From the NCBI GenBank assembly GCA_000182565.2, contig KQ257459.1: a DNA stretch of 64,000 bases; one strand, 5' to 3'. The notes beneath the pieces were generated by a model. That model made no database searches. It saw only the letters and a program-made list of their open reading frames with translations, and was not told where the DNA came from. Positions within the stretch are counted from its first letter, which is position 1; each line of letters opens with the position of its first letter. This document shows, one piece after another, positions 1 to 14,674 of this stretch. This stretch comes from Spizellomyces punctatus DAOM BR117. Its lineage: Eukaryota. Position numbers and translations under genes: made by a program.

Positions 1-28
1 TGCGAGTTCACCTCGATTTCACCCACCA

Positions 29-1269
29 ATGTCCCTTTTCACGTCCTTCTCACCTGCCTCTCTCGTAGCCTTGAATGTTCTTTTCTTCTATGGGCTTACG
101 TTTTTGACCTATTTTATTATCCATGCATTACCTGTGTCCGCCTTAAGATCTTGCATTCTCTTGTCCATATGCGCAAGCTATCTGGTGACAACGCCATTTA
201 TCCTACCACACCCCGGGCAATATGCTCGTTTGTTCATGACGACAATTGCATGGGTATTTGGTAAGATTGATAAGTGTTTTTATGTAAGGATTCATAAAAT
301 ATTGATTGTAGTCCACGTGTCAGCCCTTCGGACTTGGGAGATCCTCAATAATGCTGCTCTTGAATCATCAATAAAGGGCAACGTCAGGCACTTTTGTGGA
401 TATCTACACGCCTTTGTCGACAGAAAGAACCCGCATCTTCGAGATCCAGGCGAGCGCCGGGAGCGGTTTTTGAGGAGAACGGGAAGGTATGCGCTCATCA
501 CCTACACCACGTGATCAGACCTTGCTTATGTGAGGCTGGTAGGGGCATCCTCAAGCTTGTGGGCTTCCACTTTGCGTCCTGCACCGTTCCGTTCCTCAAT
601 GGGTCTGAAGCTGCAGAATTCTGGGCGGGGACGACTTATTTATCACCTTCTCGATACATTGCAACCGTGCTAGCAGGCCTGATCATGTATTTATGGATGG
701 GCGGTATCGCGGACGTGTTGTTTTCCATCATCGAGTTTCTATTACGAGTTCGTACACGGGACATGTTTGAGCGGCCCTACGCGGCTACATCTCTACGGGC
801 CTTTTGGAGATGGAGATGGAATGGGCCTTTCCAAGAATGCCTGGCAAGGGCCATCATTGGTGGCGGCCCGAACGAAAGAGTGAGATATAATGAAAAAGAA
901 AAGGTGGACGAGGAAAGGAATGACGCGAAACCTCCTTCGATGTCCGCAACCATGCTTGCTGCCTTCAACATATTCTTGCTATCGGGAGTCTTTCACGAGC
1001 ACGTGAACTTTGTTGCATTCAAGGAAGTCTCTGCTCAAAATTGCATGTTCTTCCTGATCCAGTTCGTGGGACTGGCTATGGAGCTGCAGTGGTCTCGAAC
1101 AAAGATGTACAAGTCCTTGCCCAATCCCCTAAGATGGTGTGCGGTGCTCCTCTTTGCTGCATTGTCAGGGTCCCTGTTCGTGGCACCTTACATGCACAAT
1201 GGAGGGTTGAAGGCTTTTCCTTTTCCAGATTTTGGATGCGTTTCATGGTGGCCGCAAATACACCTCTGA
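29..1269 (+). CDS. MBOAT-family membrane-bound O-acyltransferase (wax synthase-like), 3 exons
   Basis: Introns 261-323 and 487-542 (GT..AG) join the two ORFs in frame. Motifs PYAATSLRAFWRWRWN and FLLSGVFHEH (MBOAT catalytic His); many hydrophobic helices. Confidence 0.8.
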
Positions 1270-1327
1270 GCAGCGGGTATATAGAACGTATTTAATATAT
1301 AGCGAATACAATCTAAAGGTAGTTGCA

Positions 1328-2487
1328 CTATTCGACGAATCTGACGACAATCTGATCTGCTATGAACTCGGCAGCTTCGACCTCGGCTTGACTTACCCCC
1401 ATTCGGATCGCCCCTCTGAATAATTCATGTGCGTTAATGAACGGACAGGGCAAGCCTTAAAAAGAGCATACCTTCGATGACTCTCCACCTGCTTTGAAAC
1501 CGCGCCGCCCTGAACCTTCAAGGCTGCGACCATTACCAATTCAGTATCCTTTAAATCCAGAGCATCTCCATTAGATAACACTTTGCCATACGACTCAGAC
1601 AATATAAGTGGCAGAAGGTCTGGGTGGATACCAGATAGGATTGTTTTCAATCTCGTTGCTATACGCCAATGATGAATAACTCGCGATCCGAATGACCAAC
1701 TGGCCTTGTGCATCCCACCTGAACGATTGTATATCGTATCAAACATTTCCTCCCCACGTGCAGTCCAAGCTTGAACATCTGAAAATCCTTCAGGGATTCT
1801 AGAGGCTGCTGTTGTATCTTCCAATTCCTTCCATGCTTCAGGGCATTGTTCCATGGCGGCCGTTCGGAACTCTGTTAAACCATTGATGGCCTTTGACAAA
1901 ATCAACATTAATAGTCTTAACAGCACTGCACTAGGAAATCTCTGCTAACCTTTGGAGTACCCGCAACGGTATAAGCCTGCATCATTCCCAAAAATGCACA
2001 GTAAGTTATTTCTGTGAAATGAAAGAAACCGCATGAAATGGCAAGAACACCAACCTTGAAAATAGCCTCTCTCCCAACTCTGAGAAACCGCACAATCTCT
2101 GAATTATCCTTTGTCGTCACCTCCTTTACCATGACGGTAACAGCAGGCGGAATCACACTAGGCATATTGGCACTGGTTAGTGCGGCACACTAACATACGT
2201 GAATTCTGTTACAACCGAGGTCGAAGCCCGTATATCCAGTATTAGATTAACAGGCCAAAAATCCATACCAAAATGGACCACGAAGATGTCTTCTTCAAAG
2301 GCGCAACTTCGGGTGCAGCAAGTAGACTCCGCACAGCCTCTTCGTTTGGTGTCGGCATGGTCGTCTTCGTGCCCACAATGGGTGTTCTGAGAACATGGAC
2401 TTGCCGTACGCAAATACGTGCAGCTGGTACTAAGTGAGTAAACAATGATGTGGGCACCGGTCGCAGCAGAGGTCGATGCACCACCAT
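1328..2487 (-). CDS. AhpD/carboxymuconolactone decarboxylase-like protein, multi-exon
   Basis: Spliced pieces give REAIFK..AGTPK.INGL, RGEEMFDTIY, HPDL..ILSESYGKVLS, ELVMVAALKVQ..QVESHRRGAIRMGVSQAEV, matching the fungal AhpD-like family. Last exon ends at TAG 1328. Confidence 0.65.
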
Positions 2488-2631
2488 ACTACTCAAGTGG
2501 TATGGTGCATTGCAGGAACTTCGCGGCGGACACTTGGATTGCCCTGGTGGCTTTTGCGGCTTATAGGGGGGCTTGGCTAACGGGTATTATCATTATCACA
2601 TCTCAATCAGATTTAATTCAATATCGTCTAC

Positions 2632-4844
2632 CTAAAAAGCCATCCCCGTCTCATCCATTTCTAACCCATCCTCCTGCGACCGTTGTTTCCTATAATTCCA
2701 ATGCGTAGCTCGATCTTGCCACCACTCTTTTATTCGCGTTTTCACAGCTGCTGGCGACAGTGCAGATAACGATATTGATGTAATCGATCCGCGTATTTGT
2801 GATGGAAGAATGTGGAGTACTACCGAGAAGACTGCCCCGATACTTCTTGTCAAAGTTTGTCCAAGCACTGAAAATTACCCACGGCATTAGTCTCATGGCT
2901 ACTTGAAAGTGAACCACACATCGTGCATACCTTCCCAACCTATTTCCTTGCGCACCACAATCCACCACAGTGGCACTCCACTACCCATAAACACTAACGC
3001 GCCTATGGCTTCCGTGGGGGCTCCCTTCACACTCAACGTGAGGAGGAATATCACAACCACCATGAAAATGGCTGGCATCACCATCCACACGCGGTACGGC
3101 CGTTCCAAATGTGGCTCCTTCCATCGCAAAACAACCAACGCCAAGACCGCAAGGAGATAAAATAGCCAGGCAATCATGGAGTAGAAGTTCACTAATGATG
3201 TAAAAGAGCCGAAAAGAATAAAGATACACGAAAGAACAGACTGGGTGATGAGAGCGTTGAACGGTGTTCGGTACTGGGAATGAATCTTGCCCAGGAAGAG
3301 GGGAACGTGGGATGATCGCGCTGATACGTATGCGACTCGGGCGCCAGAGAAGATTGAAGCGTTGGCCGCACCGAGTGTGGACCCGATCACAATGAGGGGG
3401 ATAATGATCCCGCCAACATGTCCAAATACACGTTTTCCAAAGTCCTAGAAAAGTCGATGAGATCCTGTCACAAATAAAGCTCATAACAGCTATAAACGTA
3501 CCATAGCGATCGTATTCGACTTTACTATGACATCCTCCGGAAGCACGGCATAATATGCAATATTAGCAAGAACGTAACACACAATGACGATAGCTGGTCC
3601 GGCGACGATCGCGCGGGGAAGATCCCGGGCAGGATTCTTAAGCTCTCCAGCAACCATATTTAAGTTATTCCTGGCAGAGCAACAGATTAATAAAATAAAT
3701 GAAGCGATATTGGCATGGGCAGTTTGGCGCATGTCAGCTTCACCCACCTAAAGACAAAAACTCACCATCCATCATAAGCCCATAATGCAGAGTAAAGAGC
3801 AAGGGCATAATCGCCTGCGTTTCTAGAGCCCCCTTCAAAAATCGAAGAATGATGGAAGTTGTGTGATTCGCCATTGGTTCCAGAATTTTTGTTTACCCCT
3901 ATGCCTGCCTCCCCTAGCTTTACTAGCCCAATTGTCCCGATGACCAGAAGCGAAACAAGCTTCAAAACCGTGAATACATCCTGGACGGCTGTTCCCAACC
4001 TTGTCGATATGCAGTTCACGATTGTAAGTCCTCCAATGCAGAGAAGCGCAATAAGCTTGACGAGCCACATGGGTGGATTATCCGCAGCAGACGGGTTGGC
4101 ATAAAGGAGAAGGCGCACCAAATACTCTGCGCATATGACTGTGATGATAGCGACAGACCCCGGTCGCGTAACTGTGACGCCCGTCCAGCTGAATAGAAAA
4201 GCCGGAAGAGACCCATACGCGCGCATGAGGTATGGATGCTCGCCTCCGGAATCAGGTATCGCTGCCCCCAGCTCCGCATAACAGAGTCCACCCGTGATGG
4301 CCAATAATCCTGCCAAAATCCACACTCCCAAAGCTCCGCCTACCGATCCCGTATATGCAAACACTGGTCCGGGAGATGCAAAGATGCCGCTCCCAATGCT
4401 CATTCCAATAATTAACGCGAGACCCGACCAAAATGTGAGGTTCTGCGGGAGTTCAGTTTCCGACTTTGACAGGGTCGACGAGAGCGGTATTAGGTGAACA
4501 GCCCCAAAATCGAAACTCGGGGACGAGGCTTGTCGGGATGAAGGGGGAGGGAAGGGAATACGGTCATTGGGTCTAATGAAAGCAATCAGATGAGTTATAT
4601 ATTGGTGAAAATGTTCCGATAAGAGACGGAATTACGGGAGTAAAGCGTTAATGTCATCGTCAAGGTCGAAATCGTAGTCCAAGTCTAGATCCCCATCTTC
4701 GGCGCTTGGAAAATGATTGTCGCTATCAAAGCTTGACAACCTTTCCAGCAGCGAGTCAGGCTTTGTTGTCCCTTCTGCTAATGGCACAGACTCAGTCTGC
4801 TTCGAGAAGTTGGCAAATTGTTCATTGTCAACGCGCTCGGGCAT
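2632..4844 (-). CDS. APC-superfamily amino acid permease (LAT/Mup1-like), multi-exon
   Basis: IGSGIFASPG, GGLCYAELG..IPDSGGE, ALYSALWAYDGW(NNLN), ELKNPARDLPRAI, LRWKEPHLERPYRV; about 12 TM segments. Confidence 0.9.
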
Positions 4845-5167
4845 AATGTCAACTGAGGCGTTGGCGACGTCCTTGCTTGCATGTGCTTGTCAGCGGATCC
4901 TTTGAACTTGCGTGATGCAGAAGCAATGTTCTGTCCGCCCTCCGGGGTTTCACCACTTGGTCAAATCCGCCAATCAAATCAGCCAACAGTGAGCTTGAAA
5001 GCTCGAGTTCCAGTAGTCTGTCATGCAATGATGCTAAGCCACTGTTGGCAGGCTCACGGCGTGGCCTCACTGGAACCAGCAAAACGCAACCTACATATTT
5101 GTTGATGGCAATAGGAGTGGGAGGACTGTGGATATCTATCAAATACATTATACTTTTATACATAATA

Positions 5168-5719
5168 TCAGATTTGCACTTGAGCAATGACGTGAGTGCA
5201 GAATGGGCATTTCACCGCCCCTGTGGCTGTTGGTATCTGCTTGTAGTAGCACCCTACACACCACTCTGCGTTGCATTGCGAGCAAGTTTTCATCAGGGTC
5301 GTAATCCGGCTGCAATCACATATGCTGCAGCACTTTGTGGGTTGAGATGCGGCTGACACCGTTACAATCTCCATGAGGTGGTCAATTCCGTTGCCCATAT
5401 GGGCCACTCGGAGCTTTAAGCTCTCCATTTCTGCCTTCAAGGTAGCAAGCTGCAGGGCAAGGTTCGGAGCAATCCTTTCCTTCAACGCCCTTACCAATTC
5501 TCGAACCTCCTTCAATGGATCTAATCGTGAGAATATAAGTGTGACTATTACCCGATGCAAAAAAGTTCGCTTTGAAAACTCAAACTCACCGGTTACCAGG
5601 ATTCCAGGGAAGATAGGTTCATCGCTGACATCCCAAGTGAGCTGCTCAGGCGCGAGTGCTGAGGTTGTAGGCGGGTGCTTTTCGCCGATCAAAACGTACT
5701 CTCCTGCTGGCAGCGGCAT
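5168..5719 (-). CDS. Intronless protein with coiled coil and C-terminal all-Cys RING-like zinc finger
   Basis: 183-aa ORF; heptad region LQLATLKAEMESLKLRV; CSIC..CSQC-x4-CVGC..CPFC. Confidence 0.6.
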   Translation of the reverse strand: MPLPAGEYVLIGEKHPPTTSALAPEQLTWDVSDEPIFPGILVTGEFEFSKRTFLHRVIVTLIFSRLDPLKEVRELVRALKERIAPNLALQLATLKAEMESLKLRVAHMGNGIDHLMEIVTVSAASQPTKCCSICDCSRITTLMKTCSQCNAEWCVGCYYKQIPTATGAVKCPFCTHVIAQVQI

Positions 5720-6792
5720 ATCGTCCGTGTATACTAGCCATCCCTAGACTCCACGTTAACAAGGACATCCAGTCCAATTCATCGTGCTTTGATCCATACC
5801 TGCGACTCCTTAACCCCATAACAGACAAAGTGTTTTATCACCAAATTTGCCTTGGTTCCGACCGGAGGAGAAACTACCCCTCTAGCGGTGTGGATAAGAA
5901 TGCTGTGGTCCATTCCAAACTAAATATGTTACTTGTAAGTTGCGGGGGACAACATTTCCCTCGTCGGTTTATATGAGTTCTAATATATTCTTCAGCATAG
6001 GTACACATTTAGGTACACATTTAGACACTCTTGAGCTATATATCTATTGTATCCCGTCCTTTGTTTTTATTCCTCGTGCGGCGTAGATACACATCCAGGA
6101 AGCACTTGCGCTATCTTTGTGCACATACTATATAAAGTACATCTATATCCACGTGACCTTCAGCAGATCTCGACCACTGTGGTCTTTTCTAGTATTCTTC
6201 TCTCGAAGGTTGTCTGGAGCATTCCTCCAAATGCTTTCAAGAAAATAGCCAGCTCATGCGCATATTGTGGATTCCCCATTGACTTTCATTACAACTGCCG
6301 AGTTAGGCAATACCGTTCGCTGGAATACAAGTATTTGATTATCATATTCAGGATGATGTCAAGAACCGCTTTAAAATCGCCAAAAATCATGCTAAATCGA
6401 CCCTGAAACAGCCATGGGCAATGGTAATTATCGACATCAAGATTAATAACAACAGCAACATCAATGGCTTCCAAAGAGATCCTTGTAAACGTTGACTGCC
6501 CCCAGGCCTTTGAGCAACTCGGTGGTATCCTTGGCATTTCAGTTTCCAATCCTTGACTTGCAGGCGTCCCCCAATGTTGAGAACAACTTCGACATCATCA
6601 TTTGTTGCAAATGAATCTTTGGAGACTGTCTCGTCACATTTTGAGTGGTTTCTGGAGGTCGCTCCAAATCACACTAGAACCACCCTAAAAATCGATTTAA
6701 GTGCGATTTTTGGGTTCCTTCACTCTGGCACTTGTTCTTAGGAACGATCGACCAAGGTCGGGAACCTCGTTGGAAGATCTTTGCCACAGATC

Positions 6793-7248
6793 ATGTCCTT
6801 TAAAAGCTCACCTCCGACCACCCTCTACAAGATCCTCACCGTGTCCGAGCATGAGGAACTGCAACTGAAAAACCTGGCTTTTGAACCATATTGGCGTGGA
6901 ACAAGCCTCGACCACACTGACGGATTTATACATTTATCCAATGCCAAGCAAGCTCCCATTGTTGCCGACCGTTTTTACCAGGACCAACCAGAGATTGTGC
7001 TTTTAAAGATACCTTACACACTACTGCAAGATTCAGTAAAGTTTGAGCTCCCTTGTCCGCCTGGCGCGAGTCCGGAAGAAAGATTAAAACTAAAGGAAGC
7101 GGAAAGCAAGGAAGTTGAGAATGGAGAGAGCGAATTGTTTCCTCATCTTTACGGCGAGTTGGATCTGAGTGCAGAAAGTCTCGAATGGGAAATTGTAAAT
7201 AGGACAGAAACCGGGTTTAAAGAGTCAATGTCACGGTTGAAATGGTGA
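6793..7248 (+). CDS. DUF952 family protein
   Basis: LYKIL, LDHTDGFIHLS and FPHLYG motifs; first ATG at 6793. Confidence 0.85.
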   Translation: MSFKSSPPTTLYKILTVSEHEELQLKNLAFEPYWRGTSLDHTDGFIHLSNAKQAPIVADRFYQDQPEIVLLKIPYTLLQDSVKFELPCPPGASPEERLKLKEAESKEVENGESELFPHLYGELDLSAESLEWEIVNRTETGFKESMSRLKW

Positions 7249-7766
7249 CCGGCTACTTGGTTGAGTAGGTGTTTACTTTACCTCCTGCTGTTATGCTGGC
7301 GTAGGATTATGCCCACAAATCTTGACTAGCTAATACAGGTGGCCTCTGGAAGATTTGCGATCTCAAAAGACAGTGTCTATCTATTCGGCACCTCTACAGT
7401 TCGTCATCTGAAGGCGCCTGTTGCTTGATCAGTGAAGGCTGAATGAAACACACAACGTTATGGTGGATACGAGGAGAGCAATGTGCCCCTATGTCACCAT
7501 ATGAGCGTCCATTTTAGCATATAGAGACAGTTCTCAAAGTATCCGATTAGAAGTTTGGTTCATGCCATAGTTTCAACAATGGCTTGCAACTAAAGAGATG
7601 TGGTTATTCAAACTGAATTCAAACTACACAATGACCAGCGAATCCACAACTGTCAAGTAACAATTTGAATGGGCGCCACTTGGGAGGTGCAGAGCACCAT
7701 TGAATCCAGATTCTACCAACGTTCCCACATTCTGACATCAGCCGAGTACAACATCCCATTACTTCT

Positions 7767-9528
<1,762 letters not shown>

Positions 9529-10778
9529 GGCCGCTCAAGTTCGGTTATCTAGCGACGTATGCTGCGAATAGACAAGTTTGTCCGTTCGCAGGCACCCTAA
9601 TTTGCTGAAGGCTCAGGCCGGTGTGCGCAATGGAGACGGGAACACGTAGTGGATAAGCAGACCAGTCTTCAACGTCGTGTGCTGCTTTCCGCCTTGTGTA
9701 CCCAGTGTTGAAGGATACCCGTTTACGTGAGAGGGGGCTGGCTAATTGGCGCACGATGGACTAGATACCCAAAGAGACTTGTCGGCGTATTCAGTATAGG
9801 TCTATATCATGTGCAATGTCATCCGAAAAACAGCCTTGAGGGGCCTAGTTTCTAAAAACAGTTTGGGTGCTATTGTTTTGGCGCTCGGTTTTTTGATTAC
9901 GTTTGCACGATCCTATCGTGTCAATCGGTACCGTCGGGACTCGAAGAGACTACCACTCTACGTAGATGTACGCTGTGATGCTCCTATCAACGAAGAAGAT
10001 GTTGAATACACTTGAATGGTTGTCGCAGATATCCAGCGTTTCTGAGCCCGCACCGCCCACCGTCGTAAAAACGTGCTCGACCACTCCACAATCGTCGAAA
10101 CAAATCTCGGAGCTGAGGAGTCGCGTCTCGTGGTTTACATCATGCTATGGTAAGCGATTGCTCATCTTATCTGCTACAACTCCGCTTTCGGTTCTCCATT
10201 TGTCGTTGTCAAAAACTTGTGCGAGAGGGTTATAGGAAAAGTTGGTAAAAGACAACAGATGTTGCTTGATGGTACTTTCTTGCTCATCTGGTTACTATGT
10301 ATTTTACCCAAACATGTAGCGTCGACGTTCTTGATGAAGATGGTCTGTTGCAAAGGTGTTTCTTTCTGCGAGATTGCGCATATAGCGCATGTCAGTTCGA
10401 AAGATGAGAGTCGTAAAGCACCATATTTTCAATGGAACTGCTATTAAATAGCACTTCCCCGCTTATCTTCTGACTTTTGGTGCCACATCATGCTTGTGCA
10501 CGCTGCCACTATCGCACTAGTCATTGCTATATAATATCGTATCATGAAGACTCTTCGAGCCAACAGGTAAATATAAGAGGATGTAATATGCCTAACGATG
10601 CCTGTTTTGCTCGGATATCGAAATTACAAACTGGTACCTGCATCAATTCTGTGAAAGCACTAGTATCAAGAAACCATTTGTTGGAGCTAATCTCTATCAT
10701 AAATTCAACTACCAGCCATTCTGCTAGCCGGAGCTTAGTCCTATACCTATCATCAGTCTTATATATATGCCTCATCTC

Positions 10779-11776
10779 CTAGTTACTGTAGATATCCTTC
10801 CAACTGAACGTTGAACGCGACTGAGGTGGTTCTAAAGATGGCCAGATCTGATAGTGTGCAGCATAAGAGGTACTTTTGCGAGAAGCAGGACGAGAATCGC
10901 CGTGTAAAAGGTTGCGAACTCCGACCCCTGCAAATGGTTTTAAATTCAAAAAACAGCATAGAAGAGTTCTGAACGAAGCCGTACCTCGGGTCTGAGGGAC
11001 ATTTAGGAGATTGGTTTTACCCCAAGGATTGGTTATGATCCGGCATAGATTGGCATTCACAGACTGAGGGTGGTGATAGGAGTCTTGATATACAGAGTGT
11101 ACGCCTCCTGATGGCGATTTTGACATGCTTCGGTCCACTTGGATGGGCGGAAGACCGACTTGCGTCTCTACATGTCGGGAAGGCATGCGTCAGAGGCAAC
11201 CCAATCAAAGATGTCCGCACAGCGGGGTGCTATTACCATTACATGCGTTCTGATACGTAGACATGTAAGTCATTCGATCCAGCTCGTTCTGCTTTTCGCT
11301 TTTCTTTGGGGGATCCCATATCGTTTCGTTCCTGTCTACTCGGCGATGCGCCCACTACAAATGAAATCTGTTAAATTGATTCCAGAGTCAATTTGGAGTC
11401 ACAGAACCTACTCGCATATCATCGGATGCAACGAGATCTAGGGGCATTCGAGCGGAAGGAAGCCGAGGAACTTTAATCGAGTCCACAACGTCACGGTAGT
11501 CACTCCGGTACGTGGACACCCCTGTCGGTGATACGGCGTCGGTGTGAAGTATTTTTGCATCATGGCACTTGATCTTGCTGGAAGTGCGCATATCCTTTAG
11601 CCGACGTCATGCATCACAATGTTGATTGCTCTTACTAACATCCGCCGACCAGTATGGCTCGTCGGAGCAACTCCTTTGGTCGGTTCATAGTCGTAGACCG
11701 GTTGGATATCCAAGTAGTGTCGTCGTTGCGGTCGAATCGGCTCCGTTAGAGGTTTTGGAACCTGTATTGTAGGCAT
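10779..11776 (-). CDS. Uncharacterised 250-aa five-exon protein with repeated S/T-x-Y-x-x-x-Y motifs (microtubule-inner-protein-like)
   Basis: Manual splice model with exons 11776-11640, 11577-11412, 11354-11237, 11167-10985 and 10927-10779. All four introns are GT..AG, 57-69 nt and phase-consistent; 753 nt from ATG to TAG. Confidence 0.7.
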
Positions 11777-12193
11777 TCTAGTTCCAAACTTGAATGGACC
11801 TCAGTAACCTCCTGTATGCCTGTTACAAAGCGAACTGTATCAAAATGCCGGAACCCCACTGTACGGAATAGATTTCCCCGTCAAATAGACATCGCTTTTG
11901 CTAGTCGTCAGGTCTGATCGGGGTTTTGCAGGGGCGTTGAGGGCGCCAATGGCACTTTTGATTGGCAATCAATCTGGAAAGACATTGCTGTTCCGCGATG
12001 AAGGCGTTTGAAATTGATGGCTGCAAATAGACTCGGAAATTGAGCCCGTTATGCAGCTGAAATGTGCACAAAAAATGGATAACATCCAGAGAAAAAAACT
12101 AAACTTTAAAAAAAATTATTGCATCACATACACATAAAGTTCAACCTTTCCCGAAACCCATCACAATCATAAAATAGGTATCTACAACCCCTC

Positions 12194-13183
12194 CTACGAA
12201 CTCTTGCCCTCAGCAGTGAGCCACTGTTTCTTATGGTCCTCCAAACCAAACCCTTCAGCATAGTTTCCTTTCAATTTAAACAACTGCTTGAAATGGGGTT
12301 TGCAGTAGTATTGACCGTTCATGGAAGCCAGATTACCCATTTTCAAAGTGCTCTTGCAGTGAGCGCATTTGAGACATGTTTTGTGGAACACTGCATTGTC
12401 AATAATTGTTTGTTCCATCAAGTAGACTAGAACGGAAAGAAGATAAGCATCCGTTGCAGGAGAAAATGAATTGGGTGATAGATGCTTACCAGTTTTGCTA
12501 CAGGCCGCGCATTTGTTGTTCACACCAAACTTTGCCTGCTGAGGTGGTGACGACTTCGAAGCACTAGTATTGAAGGAAGGAGCTTGCTGCTGCTTGCTTT
12601 GGACTTCAGGCTTGACTGGGTTGTTGGCGACTGGATTAGCGGCTGCTGGGCTAGTGGCGGCCGCCTGATAGGCTGCCAACCGATTCGCTAAATTCACAGG
12701 AACTGATTCGTCGTTGGTCTGTTCCTGTTCTCTTTGAACTTCCGACTGCTTTTCCTGCTTTTCTACCACGTCATCTTTCCTCAGATCAACCTCGCTAGCA
12801 TGTCTGCTGCTCGCATTACCGCTCGTAGGATAAGGATGAGCCCTAGATGCCGTTAATCTAGTCTTTCCGGCACTCTCAGCAGGCCCCGGTAACTCCTCCA
12901 TGGAAGCACCCTTGAACCTCCCTTTGATATCTGCCAAGGGCCCTTGTTGTTTGTTAGGGGTAACTCCATACCGTGCGATACGATCACGGACGGGCATGAA
13001 TTTGCCAGAATCGTCTTGCTCAACTGCCTGGGCTGGTAGGGTATCCAATGAGCGCGACAAGGAGCGCTGTGATGCATGGAGCGAGCTGCGGGAATTGTAT
13101 GGTGGTGTACGATTGTTGAGAGAGGATTGGCTTCCACTAAGGGAAGAGAAGAACTGAAGACGGGATTGAACAGTGGATGCCAT
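12194..13183 (-). CDS. Protein with a single C-terminal LIM domain (LIMD2/EPLIN-like) and a disordered N-terminus
   Basis: [39 protein letters not shown]; an in-frame intron near 12428-12490 interrupts the LIM domain. Confidence 0.88.
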   Translation of the reverse strand: MASTVQSRLQFFSSLSGSQSSLNNRTPPYNSRSSLHASQRSLSRSLDTLPAQAVEQDDSGKFMPVRDRIARYGVTPNKQQGPLADIKGRFKGASMEELPGPAESAGKTRLTASRAHPYPTSGNASSRHASEVDLRKDDVVEKQEKQSEVQREQEQTNDESVPVNLANRLAAYQAAATSPAAANPVANNPVKPEVQSKQQQAPSFNTSASKSSPPQQAKFGVNNKCAACSKTGKHLSPNSFSPATDAYLLSVLVYLMEQTIIDNAVFHKTCLKCAHCKSTLKMGNLASMNGQYYCKPHFKQLFKLKGNYAEGFGLEDHKKQWLTAEGKSS

Positions 13184-13932
13184 GGCGTGCTTGCTGTGTC
13201 AGACGATCGTAGGCCCGACTATAGAGTGAACGGATAGACTGAAAAAGGAAAGGATATCATATCGTTCTGTTTTATATAAGTGCTGGACACTTTTCGCTGA
13301 CCGAAGCTCTAGAATGCTGAATCGGTGGCAAATTCACGGATCTGGGACAGGTGGACTAGTAATCCTGCGAGGGACTGAACTCGGGCTCCTTGCCGTGGAT
13401 ATCCGCTAATTTACCTGTGAATGGAGAAATGCAGATGAATTCAGGATCACTCAATGGAGAATTACATTTAATTCGGGATCAGTGATGGTTGACTTGTCGT
13501 GGTGACAAAAATAGCTACTCATGCCACCAGAGTCAAAGACCGTAAGCAATGCCTAAACGGGAAGATAAATATTATGCATACTAAAACCAATCAGCGTCAT
13601 TGTGAGATATTTCTGGATGCTGCTATTTATGTTGCGATTGTTGTGTTTAGAGCAAACAAAAACCTAGACCGCTCCAAAAGAAGAAAGGTTTAATAGTTCA
13701 ATCAAGAGCAACAAATTAAGAGAACTATATCGGGGAACAAACAAACGTCGAGAAATTAGCAGATCAACATGTTATGTTTGCTTGTTGTCGTCATGCTTGC
13801 TTGGCTGCTCATTCTATAAAGCCGGGGGTTGTGTCCCAATGCCCTCCCTCTTTCCCGCTACTCTTAATTCTCGCCATTTACTAAAGGATACGCCCGAGTC
13901 CATCTACCTATACCAAGCCCTCGTGAAGAGCA

Positions 13933-14232
13933 ATGCTCACCAAGGTGCAGCTCCTCGCCCTCCTGCTTGCTGGTACCCTAGTCCCATTTGCCTCGGCGGT
14001 ACCCACAACTAGAGCTATTCGAGCCCAAAAGATCCTGCCTCAAGCCTCATCCCGCGAGCTTTACGTCCGACATGCTCAAGAAGAAACTACACCGGACGAC
14101 CTAATTCCCGAGGGACAAGTACCCATTGTGGACATTCCACAGTCGACTGACACCCGTGACAGTCTGGATCCTCCAACCCCTATTCCCCTCGGCGAATACC
14201 AAAAAATGAAAATGTTAAGGAGGGCAAATTAA
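13933..14232 (+). CDS. Small secreted protein of unknown function (99 aa)
   Basis: Signal-peptide-like N-terminus MLTKVQLLALLLAGTLVPFASA; upstream TATAAA near 13816; AT-rich region follows the stop. Confidence 0.6.
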   Translation: MLTKVQLLALLLAGTLVPFASAVPTTRAIRAQKILPQASSRELYVRHAQEETTPDDLIPEGQVPIVDIPQSTDTRDSLDPPTPIPLGEYQKMKMLRRAN

Positions 14233-14388
14233 GTCAGATATTCATGTGACCTATTCTTTATAGTTTGTAGTTTTGTCTTCTGCTGTTACCTTAGTGTTGC
14301 TTATTTTTGCGTAGGTTTAATTTTTGGGGTTAGACGATGTGTATGTACCCGGAGTGATATCAGAATGAATAGATGCAACACTTTGCTG

Positions 14389-14484
14389 GCTAAGACGTTT
14401 TGGAATCGTTTCTACTTTCTTTATTACTCTTACAGCCGCATGATGGGTATTTGTGAAAGTTGCTAGCTAAGACGTTTTGGAATC
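14389..14484. repeat. Direct repeat GCTAAGACGTTTTGGAATC (2 copies)
   Basis: Identical 19-mer at about 14389 and 14466, between convergent 3' ends. Confidence 0.7.
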
Positions 14485-14674
14485 TACGGCATGATAGGGA
14501 TTTGTGAAGGATGTTATGCTCCATGTTCCAATGTCTAATGCCTGCAGGTGTGACATTAACCCGATGAGTAGTTAAGAATGTTTCGATGTTAGGGTAAACA
14601 GAGATATATATATATAAAAAAAATGATGCCACTAATGGCTATGTACAAAAAAATATCAGTTTAAATACAAAAAC

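Noticed and set aside
5998..6024. Tandem TAGGTACACATT x2
   Set aside because: A two-copy 12-mer with no associated element; most likely replication slippage.
6100..6700. Coding-like minus-strand stretch upstream of DUF952
   Set aside because: No consistent spliced frame or recognisable motif could be built.
9800..10450. Short ORFs and splice-like signals upstream of PKA
   Set aside because: Could not be joined into a stop-free model; may be promoter DNA or a decayed gene.
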